This document shows, in pieces, positions 35,595 through 43,287 of a stretch of DNA of 43,287 bases (its first letter is position 1; each line of letters begins with the position of its first letter). The stretch comes from Octopus bimaculoides (taxonomy: Eukaryota): the NCBI RefSeq assembly GCF_001194135.2, contig NC_068984.1, positions 15,125,097 through 15,168,383 of the forward strand. The letters run 5' to 3'. A program made the position numbers and the translations under genes. The notes beneath the pieces were generated by a model. That model did no database searches. It was not told where the DNA came from and worked only from the letters and a program-made list of their open reading frames with translations.

Positions 35595-36580
35595 AATTGT
35601 TTTTTAACACAGGCACAAAGCCAGAAATCTCCAGGGAATAGGTGTAGTCAATTAAATCAACCCCAGTAGTTAACTGGTATTCTGTTTTATCAACTGCAGA
35701 AAGATGAAATGATAAAGTTCAAGTCAAACCTTACTAGGGTTTAGACTTGGAAAAAAAAGAAAAAAAAAAGAAACAGAAGAAATACTACAAGGCTCAATGC
35801 TCTAATGATTCTGCCAATCCACTGCCCTAAAGAGCATTAGTTGTTTTTAATATAGACACAAGGTTTGAAATTTGGGAGGAAAAAAGTTAGTCAATTAAAT
35901 CAACCCCCAGGACTTGAGCTTGAGTGGTACTTTATTTTATCAATCCTGGAAGGATGAAAGGCAAAGTTGACTTTCCTCTAATGTTCTGTCACTGCCTTTA
36001 TATAACAATAATATTAATAATAATCCTTTCTACTATAAGCACAAGGCCTGAAATTTGGGGGTAGGGAAATAAGCAATGACATCGACCCCAGTACTCAAGT
36101 GGTTTTTATTTTATTGATCTCGAAAGGTTGAAAGTCAAAAATCAATCTCAGCAGTATTTGAACTCATAAGTAAAGAGCAGGAAGAAATACTACAAACATT
36201 TTAATGATTCTGCCAACTTGCTGTCCATATATAATGATAATCCTTTCTACTATAGGCACAAGGCCTGAAATTTTAGGGAAGTGGAGCCAGTCGACTGGTA
36301 CTGGTACTTATTTTATTGACCCTGAAAGGATGAAAGGCAAAGTCGACCTCAGTGGCATTTGAACTCGGAATGTAAATGAAGAAATACTGCTCGGCATTTT
36401 GCCTGGCGTGCTAACGATTCTGTCAGCTCACTGTCCATATATAATGATAATAATAATTCTTTCTGTTATAAGCAGAAGGCCTGAAATAAAGAGTGGGGTG
36501 GAGGCTAGTCAATTACAACAACCCCTGTGCTCAACTGATGCCTGACTCAAAATTTAAAGCCAGAAGAAACGCTAGAAAAG
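35595..36580 (-). mobile_element. Head-to-tail array of about five family C SINEs
   Basis: Tail motif gcacaag..c.gaaat recurs near 35613, 35858, 36040, 36259 and 36472. The copy at 36242-36430 is flanked by a 21-bp exact TSD. Confidence 0.8.
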
Positions 36581-36904
36581 ATCCTATAAGGCCCAAGTTT
36601 CTTTATTTTTTTGCACATGCTGTGTCCACTACAAATGCTGTATGCTAACAACAATAACAACTACATGTGACAAAACATCAACTTGTAAAGCAGTTGTAAC
36701 AACAAAAACAGCTGTAATTGCTATACCCAACAATTAAAGAGGGATTCAAGGAAGAAATTCTTGCAGAAAGCAATATCTAAGTAAAACATACCAATAAATC
36801 AATCAATCAATCAAATTGGTGTGTATCATCGTCATATCACATTCTGTTGGATTTTCTTTGTTGATATAGGTTGGGTGAGCTTTCAATATAATATCTTCTT
36901 ATTC

Positions 36905-37020
36905 ATCCCAACCAAACATCATCTCATCTGAGATGCCCAAAATTCTTAGATTTGACTTCTCAGACTTCAAAACTTTCTTCGGTTCACCACTGCCATAGGT
37001 ACCATCAAGTTCTGCAAGTG
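36905..37020 (-). mobile_element. Possible decayed RTE apurinic endonuclease N-terminal fragment
   Basis: Minus strand reads GTYGSGEPKKVLKSEKSNLRILGISD followed by gagatgatg, resembling the (E/R)xxxxILGISE(M/V)RW motif with a frameshift. Confidence 0.35.
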
Positions 37021-37569
37021 CCATCATTTATGTGCCATAATGCCATCTACACTTACAGTACTATAACACTATCTGCATTTAACTCATTATACACTCTGAC
37101 TAAATCTTCAAACCATCCATATTGAATGACCATTTGTTTTTCCATTTGCATAACTAATATATATTTGAGCCAATGAGGAAGCCTGTATATAGTCAGTCGA
37201 TCTGCTAGAAATAGCAGCAAAACAACCCACAAATTGTACTCTTCCAACTTGAAAAGAGAGGGACACAATAATAGTGTAGTTCTCAACTGTGTCCTGAAAA
37301 TTCACCATAAGAAATTTCGCTGTATAGGAAAATTCACAAATGACAAATTTGCCGAATGGACAATGATAAAGTGTATCATGTCAGCATTTTTTTTAATGAC
37401 AAATATAATTAATGATAAAAGGTTTTATAAAAGCATTAAATAAGTCTTTATTCAATGTCAAACATTAAAAATACATGATGAGATCATTTGAAACTAAATT
37501 CCTTATAGCAAATTTTCCTACAGTAAAAATGTTCAGTTAAATTTCCTACAACTGTCCTCAATAAATATT

Positions 37570-37785
37570 CTTTTCTACTCTAGGCACAAGGCCCAAAATT
37601 TTGGCAGAGGGGGCTAGTTGATTAGATCGACCCCAGAATGTAGCTGGTACTTAATTCATCAACCCTGAAAGGATGAAAGGCAAAGTCAACCTTGGCAGAA
37701 TTTGAACTCAGAACGTAAAGACAGACGAAATACCACGAAGCATTTCGCCCAGCATGCTAATGTTTCTGCCAGCTCACTGCCTTGA
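37570..37785 (-). mobile_element. SINE family C, full length, 14-bp TSD
   Basis: cctcaataaatatt at 37556-69 and 37786-99; head gagctggcagaaacattagc, B box gagttcaaattc. Confidence 0.9.
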
Positions 37786-37947
37786 CCTCAATAAATATTG
37801 CCCGAGAAAAGGATGGACTGTTTATGGCTAAATCTCTTTTGGTCTGTATGATTGAGGCCAACCAGAAGAACAAAAATAACAAATGCAACTAATAAATTGA
37901 TGTTTTAAAAATTCATGTGCTGAAAAAATAACAGATACGCAAATATA

Positions 37948-38245
37948 CAGTGACCATAAAGTCTGGATGCATATGTGAAAATGCCTATGTTCAATAATTT
38001 TATTCAACGACATCAATGAACAACATTTTCAACATGGTTACCACCATTAGTGATGTAGAGTTTGATGCATTTTGTGAGATTCACATGAACGCGACGCAGT
38101 AACTCCACGTTTGTCAATTTGACTTCCTCTTTCAGTACACTCCAGAAAAAGAAGTCGAGGGGGCTAATATCTGGTCGGTGAGTGAGGAACCCATTCCACA
38201 AGAATATTTGTGCTATTTCCCATGTGCTCAAACTTTATGGTCACC
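37948..38245 (-). mobile_element. Internally deleted Tc1/mariner element retaining the transposase C-terminus
   Basis: TA-CAGTGACCATAAAGT (37946-62) is inverted against ACTTTATGGTCAC (38232-44). Minus ORF HRPDISPLDFFFWSVLKEEV...CIKLYITNGGNHVE matches the SPDLxPLDFFxWGxLKxxV...GxHFE signature. Confidence 0.8.
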
Positions 38246-38415
38246 ATCATTATCATTTAACATCCATTTCTCCATGTTGGCAATGGACTGGATGGTTCGA
38301 TAGGAGCTGGCTAGCTGGGGAGCTGTCCAGGCTCCAGTTATCTGTTTTGGTATGGTTTCTACAGCTGAATGCCCTTCCTAATACCAACCACTTTACAGTA
38401 TGTACTGGATGCTTA
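38243..38415 (-). mobile_element. Family B-type 3' module abutting the mariner TIR
   Basis: catcattatcatttaacatcc...tttctacagctgaatgcccttcctaataccaaccactttacag. Confidence 0.7.
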
Positions 38416-38505
38416 GGATCTCTCAGCTGTGAGAGAGATGTAGAAGACTTGCCTGTATGAATGGACAGCCATGATTTTATTTAGTGTGTGTGTGTGTGCA
38501 TTGTT

Positions 38506-38566
<61 letters not shown>

Positions 38567-38865
38567 ATAAAACTCTTGCTGACTAGCAACAAAACCACCC
38601 CTCTTAACTCAATCCCCTGCTCAATTTGCTTCATGAAAAAGATTTTTTCACAACAACCATAAACCTGATGTGTCTATTCACCCCCAACAATAGAGAGTAG
38701 TCACCATATTTCATTTCATAACAGCTACCTCTGATGAGTACAAGGTTACATAATCGGGCTGTTACTTAATACCCTGAATACCTAGTGTGAAACCAATTGG
38801 TAAGATCAGCTGTAATGGATATATAATACTGTATATTTTGATTAATATGTATGCATGTATATATA

Positions 38866-38872
<7 letters not shown>

Positions 38873-38960
<88 letters not shown>
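38873..38960. repeat. Inverted microsatellite (AC)22-T-(TG)n
   Basis: 44 nt of AC repeats immediately followed by ~43 nt of TG repeats. Confidence 0.95.
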
Positions 38961-38962
<2 letters not shown>

Positions 38963-40554
38963 TGGGCTTACTTCAGTTTCCCTCAACCAAAATTCACTCA
39001 CAGTTTCAACTTCAAAACCAAACCCTTTCATTTCATTCAATGGAGCTGAGATGAAAAAAAGCCTCTCACCAGAAAACAACTCCACTCTGCTAAATTATGA
39101 ATGAGATTAAGAGTAGAATTGAATACAAAACTAAAATTGAAGGAAGCACTAAAATTATAAAGCGTCCTGTGTCAACAAGAGTCAATATAATAAAAACTGA
39201 AGTGAAAAAAAATAGGTTTTGATCATGCATTATAAAGAGAAGAAATATAATTTATTTTCCTTTCTATTACTTAATAATGGTGTGTGACATAGAAGATGGC
39301 CTGGAAATGCAATGCACAAAGAAATATGTAAATTCGTTTAGCAAGCAATCAAAATTAACTAGTTTAATTGACATTATAATTTCTCAAACCACCAAAGCTC
39401 TGTTGCTTTAACCTCATTACAAAAACAAAAAAAAAAAGAAATAGAAGAAAAACTTTAATAAACCAGTCATAGCTGGCTGGATCAATTAAATATTAGCCTA
39501 CTAATGAAAATACTGGCCTACTAGCTGACGAGTAAATAGTTCTTTTCCTAACCCCTAGTAATGATTTGTCTGTCTTAATAGGTACCAAAGAAAATTACAG
39601 TTCAATACTAAACAGCTGGGTGATTGCATAAGCTTGCATGCAGCCTCGTGACAGCTTCAATTCTCTCATGAACACAAAGGAAAACTAGAAACTATTCTAA
39701 TATATGATAGATATCTCCCCCCGCTCTCTCTATTTATCTATCTATCTATCTTTCTATCTCTCTGAAAGTGACCAGCACTAATCACACAGATGAATACGAT
39801 TCATTAGGAAAACTTGAACTAATTGATATTTACTATATTTGAGGCATTTAATAACAGAGTATTGTAAGCACCACCCTGGCCATTTTCGAGGTTAGGATAT
39901 CATTTTCTTTGTCTCGACAACTAGAATCCGAAAAAGTTGGGAGGAAGAACTGGTGAGGTTTGGAATAAGGTTGAAAATCCAGCTGTAAAAAATTGTGTCT
40001 CAACGCTATTGATATGATGCTTGCTCACCTAAACTCGGACCAGAGAGTTTAGTAACACACCATAGTAAGCACATACGCTCAATCAATAACTTTGGTATGG
40101 TCCCTGTGTCGTTTTCCAAGGTGTTGTGGCACATTTTCTAATATTCCTTGTTACCATTGTAATGATAACGAACTATTATCTTACTATCTTGTCATACTTA
40201 TCTCATAAAGATACTTACCTTGGCATATTAAAACATAAACAATACCTTTGCAGGGGTCTCTAAGGTATTATGACTAAAACATGCAATGCGATACACCATT
40301 TCGTAGTACCAGTATGTTCCATAAAATGAGAAAGATGCAGTCATTGTTTCATCTTTCAGATACATACATAAATAATTTTACATAGGTGGAATGACTAGAG
40401 GAGGTCTTCACAGTCATTTTAAGACCAAAAGCAGCTTTCTAATTTCATTCTTTGCCAGGATATTGCATTCTGAAAGTCACGAGACTTTGACTTCGTTTTT
40501 CTCGGTTTTCAAGTTGTGGCACTTACAACGGTCTGTTACTAAATGCCTCATTTG

Positions 40555-40862
40555 TAAGGGGTCTTTTATCTTTTACTTGTTTTTAGTTGTTAAACTGCAG
40601 CCATGCTGGGGCACCACCTTGAAGGGTTTAGCTGAACAAATCAACACCAGTTGTCAAGCAATGTGTAGTGGTGGGAGGAACACAAGCACAGATACATACC
40701 CACAAGCACACACAAACAATGGGCACCCATCTAGCAAATTCACTCATAAAGAATTGGTCATCCTTGGGTAAAAGAAAAAGACACTGGCTCAAGATGCCAG
40801 CAGTGAGATTGAACCAGAAATCACATAGTTCTAAAGCAAGCTTCTTAACCACACAGCCATGA
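40555..40862 (-). mobile_element. Family A SINE variant
   Basis: tgcagccatgctggggcaccaccttgaagggtttag...ttgtcaagc...gattgaaccagaaatc...cttcttaaccacacagccat. Confidence 0.7.
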
Positions 40863-42299
40863 ATAGTTTCTTTTATTTTTTTCCCTGCCTTTTTTTACTA
40901 GATATATGTGTTTGATTTAAAGAGAGGTGGAAATGAACTATCATGTCGTTCTTGTCTTTCCCAAGTGTAGCAAAATAACTTCACTGCATTTGGCTTGCCA
41001 GACAAAAATAAAATAGCGTAATCAAGGGAAAAGAAAGAGTAAGTAATTTATAATTAAAGTACAGAAATAGTAGATTGTAGTCAACTGATAACAGATGCCA
41101 GAAATTACTGTTCTGAGTCAACAGAACAAGAATTGTGTGAGAATATAGGTGTTAGTACACAGAGGTAGCCAACTCAACATTGACATTTATTACACTCATA
41201 TAGCAACAAAACTGGACTTACTCAATCAGGCTAGCAAACAAAATCAATAAAATGGATCAAAATCAGTTTACAAGCATCTCCATTGAAAATGATTGTATTT
41301 CTCCCTCTCACTCAATATAGGTCATTTCTAAAAAAGCAATAAGAATATAAAAGCATTTATGATAACAAAAAGGAAATCAGAAATTTAATAACCAAAATGT
41401 ATCTAGTTTTAGTGTTCAACAAATTTCTGCCCAACTCCATCCTTCTTAGAAATTTAATTTCACATATACAGAATAGAAACTTGTGCTACTTTTTGCTTTA
41501 TCTAAACTATTTTGTTTATATCAACTCCTTTGAGAAAGAGTGGCTTAAAAGAAACAGAGAAAAACCAAACAAAATATATGTATATAAAACCACAAAAAAA
41601 AAAGAGTATTTTAGCAACATCAAGGAGTGAAGGTAGGAGACAGATAACAGGAGTTAAGCTGAGGGCTGGGAAAGAGGGAGAAAGGCGGTCATGGCTTTTT
41701 CTATACACCTACGACCTCCCTGGGGTATGGATGAGTGATTGATGCATGCACTCTAGTTAACTATCTCAAAACTTCGCTGCTCAGTATCATAAGTCTCACA
41801 ACGTATCTCGTTATTGGAATTTATGAAGCAGAATCTTCTCCATAAATAAAGTCGGACGTAAAGTGGNNNNNNNNNNNNNNNNNNNNNNNNNNNNNNNNNN
41901 NNNNNNNNNNNNNNNNNNNNNNNNNNNNNNNNNNNNNNNNNNNNNNNNNNNNNNNNNNNNNNNNNNNNNNNNNNNNNNNNNNNNNNNNNNNNNNNNNNNN
42001 NNNNNNNNNNNNNNNNNNNNNNNNNNNNNNNNNNNNNNNNNNNNNNNNNNNNNNNNNNNNNNNNNNNNNNNNNNNNNNNNNNNNNNNNNNNNNNNNNNNN
42101 NNNNNNNNNNNNNNNNNNNNNNNNNNNNNNNNNNNNNNNNNNNNNNNNNNNNNNNNNNNNNNNNNNNNNNNNNNNNNNNNNNNNNNNNNNNNNNNNNNNN
42201 NNNNNNNNNNNNNNNNNNNNNNNNNNNNNNNNNNNNNNNNNNNNNNNNNNNNNNNNNNNNNNNNNNNNNNNNNNNNNNNNNNNNNNNNNNNNNNNNNNN

Positions 42300-42392
<93 letters not shown>

Positions 42393-42473
42393 TGTGTGGT
42401 TAAGAAGCTTGCTTTTCAATCAAATAGTTTATTTTGCATGTGAATAGATGAATATATCATTTTCAGGTACAAG

Positions 42474-42900
42474 CATGACTGTATGGTTGACAAGCTTGTC
42501 TCTCATCTATGTGATCTTGGGGTTAGTCCCTTTGTAACAGCCCCTTAGGTAAGTGTCTCCTACTTTAGCCCTGGGCTGACCAAGGCCTTGCAGGTGGATT
42601 TGATAGGAAAAAAAAACTAAAATAAGTCCATTATGTGTATGTGTGTGAGAGAAAGTTTCTATCTCCTTGTCTTGACATTGCGTGATAGTTGTAACTGAGT
42701 GTCACTGTCATGCGTGCAGTGTCATTCATTTCCAATATCCTGCGTTAACATATCTGACCACGGGGAAATATCACCTTGCTTGGAAACAGGTGAGGGTAGG
42801 CAAAAGGAAGGACATCTGGCCATAAAAAAAACCTGCCTCAATAAACTCCATCTGACCCATGAAACCACGGAAAAGCAGACATTAAAACAATAAGGATGAT
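42474..42900 (+). mobile_element. SINE family E, full-length counterpart of 525-840
   Basis: Head gcatgactgtatggttgacaagcttg...ggttagtccc, CORE-like cccttaggtaagtgtctcc, tail gacattaaaacaataaggatgat. Confidence 0.75.
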
Positions 42901-43287
42901 ATACCTGAAATAAAATACCAAAGTTTTGTGGATTTTAACATAAATGATACTGAATCAAAATGTTAGAGATCAAGTGTTTCCTCTATTGTGTATGAAACTA
43001 ATTTGTAGAAAATTACTCTAAATGATTGTTTCTTCCACTTCAACTTGAATTTACAGAATTTAACCTTTTCTTTTATAAATCTTAACCCTTTCGTTACTGT
43101 ATTTATTTTGAGATGCTCTGTGTTTCTTTCAATTACTTTAAATATAACAAAGAATTTAGTAAAATAACTTAGTTATCATTCAGCTAGTGTTAGGAACATA
43201 AATTGTGACTAAGGTTTGGTGGAAGATTTTAATTCAAAACTTTTGAAAACAGGACATTTGTACTCAGAACCAGAGCCGGTTTCAGCC
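42586..43287 (-). repeat. Right arm of the inverted duplication (partner 138-840), cut by the window end
   Basis: The reverse complement begins ggctgaaaccggctctggttctgagtac, which is 138-165. Confidence 0.95.
43082..43287. mobile_element. MITE1 copy inside the right arm, truncated by the window end
   Basis: TTAA-CCCTTTCGTTAC at 43082-97; identical to the reverse complement of 138-343. Confidence 0.8.

Noticed and set aside
37290-37550. Imperfect inverted repeats (ctgtataggaaaatt / aattttcctacag)
   Set aside because: Too degenerate and AT-rich to call a MITE; no TSD.
40211-40224. ATACTTACCT matching the U1 snRNA 5' end
   Set aside because: Similarity stops after ~10-14 nt. It is simply a consensus donor (CAAG|GTAAGTAT) on the minus strand, with only a weak upstream acceptor.
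41620-41866. Unassigned GC-richer segment, possibly a Penelope endonuclease C-terminus (minus-strand LFMEKILLHKFQ)
   Set aside because: Too short, interrupted by stops and truncated by a gap; I cannot support an assignment without a search.
138-43287. Polinton/Maverick or other giant transposon defined by the 700-bp inverted arms
   Set aside because: No polymerase, integrase, capsid or transposase ORFs inside, and the arms consist of ordinary host repeats.

Overview
AT-rich eukaryotic draft-assembly sequence with nine N gaps, dominated by SINEs, MITEs, LINE remnants and microsatellites. The repeat repertoire (tRNA/CORE-like SINEs with internal (GT)n, (GAT)n-tailed RTE-type retroposons, dense TA/CA/GA microsatellites) looks like an octopod cephalopod genome; this is inference from recalled families, not a database result. 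No intact protein-coding gene or RNA gene is supported. Most listed ORFs are artefacts of N runs, microsatellites or SINEs. The only recognisable protein remnants are transposon-derived: an RTE LINE C-terminus (~9.3-9.6 kb), an R4/Dong restriction-like endonuclease sitting in (AAT)n (~26.7-27.1 kb), a Tc1/mariner transposase C-terminus (~38.0-38.2 kb) and possibly an RTE endonuclease (~36.9 kb). The best structural observations are: (1) a ~700-bp, ~97% identical inverted duplication bracketing the whole window; (2) a 145-bp near-perfect palindrome followed by a decayed Penelope-type hammerhead ribozyme motif; (3) a SINE family that inserts into or beside its own copies, with clear target-site duplications; (4) a retroposon family carrying a variable array of small hairpin modules. 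I found no convincing novel multi-gene system. Family labels A-F are my own working names, and repeat boundaries are approximate (about 10-20 bp) unless TSDs or TIRs are quoted.
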